Of a stretch of 64,000 nucleotides of DNA, positions 11,273 to 23,210 are shown one piece after another; positions within the stretch are counted from its first letter, which is position 1, and the number at the start of each line of letters is the position of its first letter. Origin of the DNA: Sphaerodactylus townsendi (lineage: Eukaryota). A program made the translations under genes and the position numbers. The stretch spans positions 37,386,001 through 37,450,000 of the forward strand of contig NC_059438.1 of assembly GCF_021028975.2 (NCBI RefSeq). Reading direction: 5' to 3'. The notes below the pieces were generated by a model. It saw nothing but the letters and a program-made list of their open reading frames with translations, did no database searches and was not told where the DNA came from.

Positions 11273-14053
11273 TAAGCTTCTAAATAACTCTAATGCTGAA
11301 ATCTCTGAAGCTGTTGCTACATTTTTACTCTGTGTACTGCAAGTTGTGCAATAATGATCTTTTTATTGCATTTGGAATTCATGACACACACCGGTTTTAT
11401 GCCTAATAAAGGTTTTGGATTTGAAATAAATAAGATCTTTGAATATAGCAAAAACATATATTAATAAGTTAAATATAGGACTTTGCACATTTGGTTTCTC
11501 ATTGCACCAAATATTGAGCTGTGTATGTCAACTTTATAATGATAATGTTATAGATTCAGAGTTCTGTAACTACAAAGTTAATATAGCTGTAGACCGCTTT
11601 ACCCATATTAAGGTTTTGTGAACAATATACTTTCGATCAGACAGCGGTACTGTATTTCTTTTGGTACTTTCTGGGAAGGCATTTGTACTTTAACGTGAGG
11701 CACAAACTATAGAGACATCACATTTTCAAATATCATTCACACAAAAAGTAAAGCGCCAGCGACAGATGTGAATTGTCTTTCAAGCTAGAAAGCTCTGCTA
11801 ATACGTTTTGTTTTGCTGAGAAACAGTGGCCTTAAATGAGCAGCTTGCCAATGGAGATAAGGGCTGTGCCGAAACAAAGCACGTTTCCCTCAGTGTATAA
11901 AATATACTTTCCATGGGAGCCCCGCCCTGTCATCTTCGATGAGATTGCTTTGTCTGCTGCAGCATTAACAAGGAGTTGCCCTGTCATTTATGTGCAAACC
12001 GTGGTCTCCTCCCAATGAAACTCCAAAGATGTGGGTTTGGTGCCTTCTCAGCAGGAGAAAAAGCCTTTGTTCCATGGCAGAGCTTTTGGCTTCTCTCACA
12101 CTGAGCCAGCTGCCAGCATTACAATATAACTGATACCTTGTGAGATGGGTGGGGTTTGGAGTTCTGTGACTAGCCCAAAGGTCACTCGGTAGTGACCTTC
12201 ATGGAGTGGAGTGCAGAAACAAACAGTTTACAATTTAGAATGCTGCTCATGTGAGGAGTGGGGAAACAAACCCAGTTCTCCAGATTACAGTCCACTGTTA
12301 TAAATATTAAGCCTTGCTGTAAGGAAACCCTTTTTCAGGGTAGTCTGCATTGTGCATTTTGCATAGCACATGCCACAAGACCCAAATTTGTTTTTTGCAT
12401 TCTAATTAAATATCATAGCGGATATCACACCTTTCAAGTGCTTCAGCCAAATAAATATTCCCTGTCATTTGTGACGGGTATTGAGGTCATTTGTAACCAG
12501 ACCATCTCTGCAACATCTGAAGTAACAACCATGGTAGTGTTTGCAGGAATCTATACCCCAGACAGAGCCATATCCTGATAGCTGCTTGATCCCAAGTAAC
12601 ATCCTGGTCCTGGCTCTTCTACTTGCCATAAAGGTTTCTTTAGCATTCCCATTAACTATAAAAATGCCTAGGCCAGTGGTGGCGAACCTTTGGCACTCCA
12701 GATGTTATGAACTACAATTCCCATCAGCCATGCTGGCAGGGGCTGTTGAATTGTAGTCTATCTGAGTCTCTCACAACCTAAATGCATCTGATACTACCAT
12801 TTTTCTTATGCATTGCTCTGTTTCACAAGCAAGGAATCAGGGCTCAAGGGTCTGTGATTTGGAAGCCCAAACCTGCTCACAGTTGTGCAGTGACTTGGAT
12901 GTTAGGGACAGACAATAATTCTTATGTGAGCTGCCTTGCCTTATGTCTGGAAGTTCTAGAACACATTCGATCTAGACAAAGGCCAGTTAGCTAGGCTTAG
13001 AACTACAATGGGCCAAAATCCAGCGGCTTCAGAGTTAAAATTCCAGAGTCTAGAAACTTTATTAGGGGTTTCTAGAAGCAGGTGATATGCAGCCAGATAC
13101 GCGCGTATAAATTGCACCACAGAAGTTTAAATTGAACACCAAAAACATCTGCGTAATGGGATTCATGGGAATGACACAACTGGAACAGAACTGCACTTTA
13201 AGTGCATTCATTTATATCGTATCTCTGTGGTAGAGACACAAAATAGCTTATAGGAATTCTCCCCTCCCGCCTTTTATCCTCTCCCGAACTCTAGGCCTCA
13301 CATGTCCTAGCCCCGTGGTGGCGAACCTTTGGCACTCCAGATGTTCATGGACTACAATTCCCATCAGACCCTTCCAGCATGGCCAATTGGCCATGCTGGC
13401 AGAAACTGATAAGTGATCCATATCTGAGTGTAAAAAACCTACTGTCCCTAGCAACTTACTTTCGAACCATAATACCACAGTGAAGTATCAGACTGGGCTC
13501 CAGGTTCAAATCCCCACTCTGCCATGGAAGCCGGCTGGGTGACCTCGTGCCGGTCATTCATCCCCAGCCTCACCTACCACACAGGGTGAATGTGGTGAGC
13601 AGAAGAGGGGGAGACCAATGTTGCACGCCACTTCCCCCCCCCCCCTCCTGAGAACAGTGGGACATATAGAATTAAATCCATAAATAAGAAGAGTGAAAGA
13701 TAACTACAAAGGCCTGCATATCCACCCCACCCATCAGAAATACTCAGCTGCAGAGAATGTAGCAGGTAGTACCCACCTATATTCAAGTGCTCCTTGGCTG
13801 GGAATGAGAAAAAACAACACCATACATCCTTCCCAAACAACCTTCCCACTCGTTTACCCGATGCCTCATTCAGCAGCAGTGGGCAGCTGGGGTTGTAAGT
13901 TCACCCTCCACGCTGGATGAAGAGCAGGGGGGTGAGTTCTCTGAATCTTGGTTGGAAAAATCGTGGAGATTTAGGGGTGGAGCTTGAGGAAGACAGGGAC
14001 CCCAGTGAAAAAGAAAAAGAGTTTGGAATTATACCCCACCTTTGTCTCCTCCA

Positions 14054-14350
14054 AGAAGAAGAAGAGTTTGGATTTATATCCCCCCTTTCTCTCCTGCAGG
14101 AGACTCAAAGCGGCTTACAATCTCCTTGCTCTTCCCCCCTCACAACAAACACCCTGTGAGGTGGGTGGGGCTGAGAGAGCTCCGAGAAGCTGTGACTAGC
14201 CCAAGGTCACCCAGCTGGCGTGTGTGGGAGTGCACAGGCTAATCTGAATCCCCCAGATAAGCCTCCACAGCTCAGGTGGCAGAGCTGGGAATCAAACCCG
14301 GTTCCTCCAGATAAGAGTGTACCTGCTCTTAGCCACTACGCCACTGCTGC
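14054..14350 (-). mobile_element. Squam3-like SINE, full length
   Basis: Same family as 4621-4918. Confidence 0.85.
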
Positions 14351-14635
14351 TCTAAGGAGACTCAAGGTTGCTTACAAGCTCCTTTCCCTTCCTCTCCCCA
14401 CAACAAACATCTTGTGAGGTAGGTGGGGCTGAGAGAGTTCCGAAGAACTGTGACTAGCCTAAGGCCACAGAGTCCACTCTTGAAAGCGCCCACTTCCTCT
14501 AGGAGAACTGGCCTCTGTCACTCTCTGGAGAGAGTGGTATTCCAGGGGATCCCTCGGTTCGGCCTGGAGAACGGTATCCTTCAGCCTAGCCATACTGCTG
14601 TCGGCCAAAGATTATAACAAAGCATCAGTGGAAGT

Positions 14636-14641
14636 TTTATT
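14636..14641 (-). terminator. Candidate IK polyadenylation signal AATAAA
   Basis: tttatt on + strand, about 265 nt past the IK stop. Confidence 0.55.
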
Positions 14642-14906
14642 GATTCTACATGGATTACAAGCCCCAGAAGTCAGACCGTGGTCTCTGGAGGAATGGTCGA
14701 GCTGAGAGATGGAAGAACAGCATTCAAGCTCCTCTGCAGAATCACATCCTTCCTTCTCCTGCTTAATGAGCCTCCTCAATCCTCTGGGCAGGAAATGCTC
14801 CAGCAAGGAGGAGGGACAGGGAATTAAACTCTCCCTCATGCCCTGCAGGTCCAGGATAGCCAAGCTTCAGGAACACAGCTAGAAGGGCCAGGTGCTTGAG
14901 GGAACT

Positions 14907-14934
14907 TCAGTACTTTGGTCTCTTCACCTCGACC
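14907..14934 (-). CDS. IK: IK exon 20 (last)
   Basis: ttccag acceptor; (G)VEVKRPKY*. Confidence 0.93.
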
Positions 14935-15029
14935 CTGGAAGGAGAGAGATTGATGAGGCAAGAGAGAAACAAATCCTGGCAGCAACAATGTATGCTGGAG
15001 CACCTTCACTTCTGAGGCTGCAGCCGTTT

Positions 15030-15506
15030 GGGACCTCTCCAGTTTGGAGGCGATCTGAGGGGGGGATAGGATTGAAGTCTATAAAATTATGCATGGGGTA
15101 GAAAATGTAGAGCAGAGATTTTTCTCTCTTTCCCACAATACTAAAACCACGGGGCATCCATTGAAAATGCTGGGAAAATTTGGACTAATAGGAAACGCTG
15201 TTCCATAGCCTTGGTGTTTGGAATAATATACACAGTAGGTGGGGATGGCCACTAACCTGGATAGCTTCAAAAGGGGCTTGGATAGATTTATGGAGGACAA
15301 GTCGATCTATGGCTACCAATCTTGATCTGAGACTGCAAATGCCTTAGCAGACCAGATGCTCAGGAGCAGCAGAAGCAGCAGAAGGCCATTGCTTTCACAT
15401 CCTGCATGTGATCTCCCAAAGGCACCTGGTGCGCCACTGCGAGTAGCAGAAAGCTGGACTAGATGGACTCTGGTCTGATCCTACAGACTCTTTCGTATGT
15501 TCTTAT
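15030..15506 (+). mobile_element. CR1 LINE 3' fragment (error-rich copy)
   Basis: Matches the CR1 copy at 62634-63135; ends in a gttcttatg tail. Confidence 0.85.
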
Positions 15507-15644
15507 GCCAGAACAGTGCTATTAATGGCAATTGAGCTTCCTCCTCCCCAACACGAGGCAGTTACAACTGAGGAGCTCTGCCCGCTAGTCAGCTGGCCCC
15601 CAACTGCAGCAGTGCCATAATAAAAGAAAAACATTTCAACTAAT

Positions 15645-15675
15645 ATCCAGCCTCCAACTGCCTCTTCTCAATGAT
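15645..15675 (-). CDS. IK: IK exon 19 (garbled; 3' boundary uncertain)
   Basis: ttgtag acceptor; IIEKR..EA; no clean donor visible. Confidence 0.65.
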
Positions 15676-16080
15676 CTACAAAGGGCAGTTGTTACTGCTT
15701 GCTTGAGCTGGCACGGCACTTTCGTACAGAGCTGCCCCTGTAACAAGGGGCCACGGGCCCAGTCAGAATAGTAACTACAGCAGGCTGAGTCTCAGCAACA
15801 GAGCCTGCTTTGCATGGGGAAAAGCGGTCAAACCACCTGCTTACATGAGCTACAGGCTCCAGACAACAGGCCAACAGGTGGGACTGTGAACCCCGCAAAT
15901 CTCAGCTTTGGAGGGTTTGTGAGGCCAGCTAGCCTTTTAGTCAATGCATACACATCCATGTCCCCAGACAGCAGCCATTCCCACTAGGAACCCTCAAACA
16001 TGATTCTGGGAGGAGATTTTTTTGGGGGGGGGGGAAAAGATAGAGAACAGGGTTTTTTTACTGAGACTCAAAATACTCAC

Positions 16081-16192
16081 AACACTGATCTTCTTCCACT
16101 GCCTGATCCAGCTCAGCCTTCGTTGGTCTCCCTTGAAGCTTGGCGTGTCCTTCTGACCTTGGGACATCTTGATCCCATACTGGAATGCAGCT
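16081..16192 (-). CDS. IK: IK exon 18 (contains indels)
   Basis: AAFQYGIKMS...RQWKKIS; gtgagt donor. Confidence 0.85.
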
Positions 16193-16375
16193 CTGAAGTC
16201 AAAGTTACGTGGATGAAAGAAAAATGAAAGAACTGAACAACCACCTGGTGCAGCCAATAGCCAGCCAACTATAGACCAGAGAGAAGAGGTTTCTATAATT
16301 TCACCACATACCCTTAAAAGCTTTCCCTTTGAGAGGTCACCCACCCCCACCCCCAAGAAAACTGGCATTTCTTAC

Positions 16376-16463
16376 TTGGGCGAGCCTCTTTGTTGTTCAT
16401 GTATTCACTGTACTCCTCCTGGAGTGTGTGAAGTCCCAGCGGCCAAGGGGTCCCTTTTGTTAC
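16376..16463 (-). CDS. IK: IK exon 17 (contains indels)
   Basis: GPLGRWDF / QEEYSEYMNNKEA in shifting frames; gtaag donor. Confidence 0.85.
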
Positions 16464-16708
16464 CTTCAAAGAGGGAGGGAGAAGAGGCAGGTTGGTTTAT
16501 ACATGCGGCAGAATGCTGGAACAGACAGAAGCGATGGAATAGAAATCTTATGCTTTTAGCACAAATTGTCTCTCCCTTACACACACAGACAATCACTCCC
16601 CTTCTCTGGAAAATTGCCTTGCGGGCGGCTATTTTCTGCTGGCAGTGACTTTTGTTGAAGGCGTTAAAACAGAGACCTGGATTACCGGCGATAAAAATCA
16701 CCCTATAC

Positions 16709-17191
16709 CAGTGATGCGAACCTTTTCAAGACAGAGTGCCCAAATTGCAACCCAAAACCTACTTATGTATGCATAGAAATTGCCAACTACTGCAATTTAA
16801 CCCAAATACTGAGGGTTTTAGTTTAGAAAAAAAAAAACAGTTGGCTCTGAAGTGCATTACTCAGGAGGTAAGCTTGGTGGTAGTCAGTGGCTTTGTTTGG
16901 AAATGGCCGTGCAACTCTTCCAATGGGTGAATCACAGCCCCTAGGAGGTTTACTCAGAAGTAAGCCCATTACCGCAACAACCGAGCTTACTTTGAGTAAG
17001 GATCATGTTTTAGCGAAAGTTCTTTGCATAAAAATCAATTGGGGTTACCAACACTGCTTCCCAAAACTAGGTCTTAGGTTAAATGGTAATGTCCCGAGGC
17101 CCAGGCCCCAGGCCCCAGGGGCAACTCTATTCTGCCCACAGGGGGTGAGTGCCACCTCTGGCACTCCCGTGCCTTGGGTTCACCACCACTG
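16709..17191 (-). mobile_element. Non-autonomous hAT element, about 500 bp
   Basis: cagtg...cactg TIRs; 8-bp TSD ccctatac on both sides. Confidence 0.85.
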
Positions 17192-17330
17192 CCCTATACC
17201 TATCCTGGTGCCCACCAGGCTAGAACTCAAAGGTGTCAGTGGGAATCATGTGATCAGGCTCCCACAGGGGAGCGAGGGTATCCGTTCAGGTAACAGCATT
17301 TTCTTCTGATCTGCCATCAACTAGCATTAC

Positions 17331-17390
17331 CTGATCCATTTTACTATAGTCCAGCTTCTTAGTCCTTTGTCCGCGGCCATGTCATCCATC
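17331..17390 (-). CDS. IK: IK exon 16 (about 2 nt too long)
   Basis: MDDMA.D / DYSKMDQ in different frames; AG/GT flanks. Confidence 0.85.
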
Positions 17391-18662
17391 CTGCAGAGGA
17401 AAGAAACAACAAGCGGTTGCTTAGCCTTGCAGCCTCAGAAGTCTTGTGCAGTTTCTCCAAGGCTCAGGCTTCTGGATCAATGCAGTCACCCTAGACCTGC
17501 AAGTGCACTGAAAACTCATTCCAGAAAATGACCTGTGGTACCAGATATAATAAGAGGTCTGGCAGGTTCAGATCTGGTCTTACAGCACTCCATGGGGCAA
17601 TGAAACAACTCAAGCTTTGCTGCTGGAATTCGGGGGCTACTTCAGGGCTATTATTTGACCGACTTATGACATACAAAAACCATAGGGAGAAAGTGCAATT
17701 AGCTCTATTCATATACAAAGGTGCAACAAAAACATATAGACAAACTACAAAGACTATAAACTACAAAGACTGATTGCTGTAACGTGCATCCTATTATTCT
17801 AATGCACACACCTTTTATGGGGTTTAAGTCCTATATGCATCACAGTCCATGAAAATTTCCAAGCGTATCAATATTCCAGATCAGCATCACTTTTCACTCG
17901 CACTTTTCTCCTTGCGTGGTTTTTGTATGTAATAAGTAGGGTCAGCCAATGGGCATAGCGTAAGTTTGTATTCTACAGTTAACTACATTGGATACCCCTG
18001 GTCTAAAGAATAATATCTCCAGACAACCCTACTCAAGGCAGCTTGTGAGTAACCCGGTGGCAGAATCCCTGAAGAAAAAGCATGGACAAAAATTCAAGAC
18101 TTGGAGCTCTGCCACAGATCTAAAATTCAAACAGGGCCACAATAATTGCTGCTGTAGGACATAGGTGTCAAACTCGTGGCCCTCCAGATGTTATGGACTA
18201 CACTTCCCATCATCCCCTGCCAGCATCATGCTGGCAGGGGATGTTGAGCAATCCATGTAACATCCTGAAGACAATTGTACTATAACATATCAACAAGCTT
18301 CGCACTGGCTTATTGAGCAAGGAAGCATTTGGGACTAGAGGTACAGTGGAAGTAACCACGTTCTATCTCGATTGGGTCTACCAGCTACACAAAGGAGAAA
18401 AGCAAGACTTCTGGCCACAAACGAGAATTACTCCAGTGCGATGAAATATAGAGCGTGCCGCCAAAGGGGCAGCCACTTCTATCTCAACTGTACGCCATTC
18501 TGCCCAGGGGTGGATGAGTGGCTATCCACCAATTCCACGCTGCCAGCCAAAAAAAGAATCCTTAAAGCAGCCCACCAGGCAAAAGCAAGCAAGCATTTTG
18601 TTGAGGCCCAAGTAACTCTGGCCCACCCCCCTACCCCCCACCAAGGAATACAGCTTCCTTAC

Positions 18663-18743
18663 GTTGCAGGGTAACATTCAGCATAGCTGTTGGACATCCC
18701 AAAGAAGTCACCCAGCTGCTTTTTGTCTTCTGGCTTTTTTATC
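18663..18743 (-). CDS. IK: IK exon 15
   Basis: IKKPEDKKQLGDFFGMSNSYAECYPAT; preceded by an AC acceptor. Confidence 0.95.
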
Positions 18744-19869
18744 GTATGAGATATTAAGGACCAAACAGTCTGGACAACTTCATAAGCCAGAGCATGCATG
18801 ACAATAAGGAAGAAGAAGCTATTCCCAAAAAGGAAATTGGAGGGGGGGTGTGCTCCAGTCCCCTCCCTCTTTTATGCCATTCCATTCCCACCAATCCCTC
18901 TCTCCAGCTATTGCTTCTTTCCCAGTGATGGCCGTGTAAGGTACAAAGTACTGAAAGGTATTGTGGTTAGGACCAGGTGTGGCCAACCTATGGTGCCAAT
19001 AGGCCAGGGGTAGAGAACCTGCGGCTCTCCAGATGTTCAGGAACTACAATTCCCATCAGCCTCTGTCAGCAAGGCCCCAATTGGCCATGCTGGTAGGGGC
19101 TGATGGGAATTGTAGTTCCTGAACATCTGGAGAGCCGCAGGTTCCCTACCCCTGCAATAGGCCATGCTGACAGGGGCTGGTGGGAATTGTAGTCCATGAA
19201 CATCTGGAGCACCTTAGGCTGGCCACCCCTGGGTTAGACTGTCAGACTAAGACCTGAGAGACCCAGATTTGAATCCCCAGTCTGCCATGGGTGGTCACTA
19301 AGTGACAGTGGGCCAGCAGCCTAACTTACCTCACAGGGATGTTGTGAGGATAAAACGGAGGATGGGAGAATGGTGAAAGCTGCTTGAGGTCCCCATTGGA
19401 GAGAAAGGCAGGCTATGAATAAAGGTCCCCACCCCCTATGCCCGTGACTCACAGCAGCGGCAACAACATGGATGAACTCCCCAGTTAACACGTCTTGCCT
19501 TGTCTGGATGTTCCCTGTCGTGGGTTCTATTGCTGCGAGGGATATTGTTGTCCACTTCAAAGCAACAAGCACCCTCTGCCCCACTTGAGAAGCCATCAGG
19601 TTTTTAAAAAAAAAACAACTAAGAATCAGGACTCATGAGGTCCAAGAAGTCCCCAGATCTCCCCCTCAGAAATGAAGCATCTTTAGATGGCAGGGTGGTT
19701 GCTTCAGGCATAAGACTTTGGAGAGATAGCACGCGGTCTTCCAATGTTCCCCAACATGCAAAAGACAGTATCCACTGTGGGTTAATGCCTGCACCCAGGG
19801 GAGGAGCAAGGCTTTTCAGATACAGCTGCTGCCTCCCCCCAAACCCACTTAATTCACAGGAAAGGATAT
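18744..19869 (-). other. U12-type AT-AC intron (IK intron 14)
   Basis: 5' end ATATCCTTT; branch TCCTTAAT at 18760-18753; ends CATAC; frame preserved. Confidence 0.93.
19005..19154. mobile_element. Palindromic hAT MITE nested in a related MITE (18973-19230)
   Basis: Near-perfect hairpin; 8-bp TSD caataggc. Confidence 0.85.
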
Positions 19870-19948
19870 GACTCAGGCCCCTCCCAGCCAGCGGCACCAG
19901 CAAACTTCTCGTTGATCGATTTAATCAGTTCCTTGGCTGAACCTGGAC
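19870..19948 (-). CDS. IK: IK exon 14
   Basis: GPGSAKELIKSINEKFAGAAGWEGPES. Confidence 0.95.
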
Positions 19949-20030
19949 CTGGAAACAAAGGAAGACCCAAGCAAGAGAGGTTATTCCGACACAGTAGCAA
20001 TTCCACACCCCCAGTTGTTAGGGTCAAAGG

Positions 20031-20245
20031 AAACATAAGAACAAGCCAGCTGGATCAGACCAGAGTCCATCGTGTCCAGCTCTCTCCTCTCGCAGTGGCC
20101 TACCAGGTGCCATTGGGAGCTCACATGCAGGATGTGAAAGCAATGGCCTTCTGTGGCTGTTGCTCCTGAGCACCTGGACTGTTAAGGCATTTGCAATCTC
20201 AGATCAAAGAGGATCAAGATTGGTAGCCATAAACGGCTTCTACTC
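20031..20245 (-). mobile_element. CR1 3' fragment
   Basis: aacataagaacaagcc tail, same family as 62634. Confidence 0.8.
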
Positions 20246-21155
20246 CAGTCTTAGAACAAGCCCTAATCTCAAATAATCACAGCAGAATACTCAGAATGAA
20301 TGCCGAAGTTCTCTGATGCCCGACAAAAACAGTAGCAACCAAGCAACTCGCAACACAGATCAGAGTCAGTGATCAAATGCACCACGGACACAACAATTTT
20401 ATGGATCTTGGAAGAGTATTAAAAATATTGCAGTCTAAGCTTTCGTGAGCCAAACCAAAGGACAGGAACCTCCAATCTTTCATCAAAGAGTACCCAAAGC
20501 AGCTCACACGGTCTCTTTCATTTTAGCCTCCCAACCACCCCGAGGGAAGACAGACTGAATGTGTGTGACCGGCTCAAGGTCACTCCAAGTCACTACTTGG
20601 CAGAGTGGGCATTCAAAACTGAGCCTCCCAGATCCTAGGCCAACCTGCTAAGATGTTCACAGACTACAATTCCCATCAACCCCTGCTAGCATGGCCAATT
20701 GGCCAGCAGGCACTGATGGGAGTTGTAGTCCATGAACATCTAAAGCGCCAGAGTTGGACACCTCTGCGCTAAGCACTTCATCGGATGGTACCATCAGCCA
20801 ACAGAGAACTGTCATAGACAGTGCCTTAAAGTTCCACAAGATCCACGGTCGTGTTCAGACTAACAGTTGGCCTGGAATAAAGCTATCTGAAGACAGCCCT
20901 TCAAAAGCATAAGTGCCAGAATTGGTCTACTGTGATAATGTGAATCCTTATCTTCCTCTGAAGGCAAGTATCAGGGACAAAGGCAGATTTTCAGATCCAC
21001 ACTGGACTATCTTGTCCTAACATTAAAAAAACTGCACTGCAGATTCTGAATTAAACTTGGCCCTTCTCACAGACCTCTCACACCTTGTATGATCAGAAAT
21101 ATGCCCTGTGCACCTCAGCCCATTTTAAACCAAGTATTAAAAAAGAGGAACTTAC

Positions 21156-21174
21156 CTTTATCAATATCGATTGG
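21156..21174 (-). CDS. IK: IK exon 13 (19-nt microexon)
   Basis: ttttag|CCAATCGATATTGATAAAG|gtaagt = PIDIDK(G). Confidence 0.9.
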
Positions 21175-21546
21175 CTAAAAGGAGAAAAGAAAGAACTTGT
21201 TATTGAGAGAGGCCAATAAAATGAATGACTTGAGTGTCAGGATCTTGTATTAACAAGAAGGGGAAAAGGGAAGGGAACGCCACTCCATTGCACCACTGTG
21301 CTTTGACAGACTATACCAAACACTTGTCTGCACTCTCTCGGTTCCCACTGTGAATGCTATACCAGCAACATCTAATTTGGAAGGCACTTGTAGCCTCAGC
21401 TGTGCCCCCAAGAACACTTTATACCCAGTATATCACGTCAAGCCCCCACAGCTGTTATTCCAACCAAGGAACTACTCCCAGCTTGCCCCGCTGACTTTCA
21501 AGCCACCAGACAGACACGGCACCCTGCAGAAATAACATTGACTTGC

Positions 21547-21778
21547 CTCGTCGTCAGCTTTTGGCTTCTCAAAGTAGCTGTGCCTCTTCTTCTCCTCCTC
21601 TCGTTCCCGTTCTCGCTCTCGCTCTCGCTCCCTCTCTCGGTCCCGTTCACGATCCCGCTCGTGTTCCCGGTCTCGTTCTCTCTCCCGTTCACGGTCCCGT
21701 TCCCTGTACCTCTCCCGCTCCTTCTCTCGTGGCACCTTCGCCGCAGATGGCACGTAATCTCCAATGTCCTCAAAGATA
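21547..21778 (-). CDS. IK: IK exon 12 (RE/RD repeat); GC donor
   Basis: IFEDIGDYVPS...RERERE...KKRHSYFEKPKADDE|gcaagt. Confidence 0.95.
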
Positions 21779-22001
21779 CTGTTTGCAAACAGGAGCGGCA
21801 TTAGGAAGGCTCAGAGAGCAGAAGAACGTTCTCCAAGAGGCTCCTCTAAGATCAGCCCTACCCATCAACCGTCTCCTGCAGTTCTTCAGAGTACGGAAGC
21901 GGCTGCTCCTTGGAAGAGGTTGGGCCATCCTTTGATGACCCCAAAAGGCCCCAAATCCCTCCTAAACTTTGGGGATAATCTACTGAACGTGGCTTACTTA
22001 C

Positions 22002-22041
22002 TTCATATCTGCCTCTGGGGGTTTCTTTTCATCCAGTTTTC
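22002..22041 (-). CDS. IK: IK exon 11
   Basis: GKLDEKKPPEADM; AG/GT flanks. Confidence 0.93.
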
Positions 22042-22844
22042 CTGTGAACAGAAAGCAGTCAGAACAAGCCGTTTTTATCCACTTCAGCTCGCATCTTCTA
22101 CGGCACAGGTGTCAAACTCATGGCCCTCCAGATGTCATGGACTACGATTCCCATCATCCCCTGCCAGCATCATGCTGGCAGGAAGGATGATAAAAGGCTA
22201 ACGAATCCATGACATATCGGAAGAGGCTTGTAATTATTGACACCTATGTTCTACGACAATGGAAATGTATGAGCACTTGACTATCTCAGAGAAGGGTAGA
22301 CTTCAAGCTTGAGGTAACAACTTTTTAAACCAGATCTCCAGGAGCGGTCAGATGCAGTCAGCTTCAAAACTACTTCTCTCCCCTCCCCCCCCTTCCAGGT
22401 GCAGCTAGTCACTGTGATCCAGGGATTTGCTATGCATGTTCAAATTCATGTCTGATTTCCTGAATATTACCAGGCAACTTAATTATAGGCAGTCAATTAT
22501 ACAGCCATTGTACAGGCAAACAGGATCGATACCAAGAAATCCTTTACTTCCAAAGGGAAATGAGACATTCCCTGGGGAGACGGAGTCTGTGGGCTGGGTG
22601 GTGTTGAGACTGCAATTCACATTTTCTTTTACTGTCCTTTTTATAATGTTACCCGTGAGAAATATGTAAACGCTCCATTTTAATCTATAGACTTCCTGAT
22701 ATAGTACAGCTACCTTCCAACAGGGCCCCTTTCCCCCTCTCTGGGAGTTCGTTCATCATCTTTCTGACACAATTCATCACGGCCAATATCTGTCAGGGAA
22801 AGAAAGGCGCCCAGCCCCCCACCCAGCCACGCAACCCAGCCCAC

Positions 22845-22953
22845 CTTTGTCCTTCTTTTTCAGCTTCTTGTTGCGAGTGCCTTGCCTCAAGTAGGACAAG
22901 ATCTGGGTCAGTTTGCTGATGACGATGTCATTTGTGGTCAGCGTGGTCTGGGC
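22845..22953 (-). CDS. IK: IK exon 10
   Basis: AQTTLTTNDIVISKLTQILSYLRQGTRNKKLKKKDK. Confidence 0.95.
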
Positions 22954-23046
22954 CTGGAAGGAAAAGACAGAAGGAATTACTCACCTGACACTAACAAAAA
23001 CAAACGTGTCTTTTTCTAGATCAGGGGAAGCATTCTGGATGCTCAC

Positions 23047-23210
23047 CTCCATGGTGGGGCAGTCGGCCTTGCTTCGAATGAGAGTGGTGGGGATGTCCGT
23101 GTCGGCATACTCGTCATCAAGGTCCACCACGTAGGCCATCCTACCCGGCAGGAAAAGCTCATTCCGCTCATATGCTTTGCCCTTGAACAGCATCCGGTAG
23201 ATGTTACGGC
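23047..23210 (-). CDS. IK: IK exon 9
   Basis: GRNIYRMLFKGKAYERNELFLPGRMAY...DCPTME. Confidence 0.95.

Noticed and set aside
21498-21935. Overlapping + strand and alternative-frame ORFs
   Set aside because: By-products of the low-complexity RE/RD repeat in IK exon 12.
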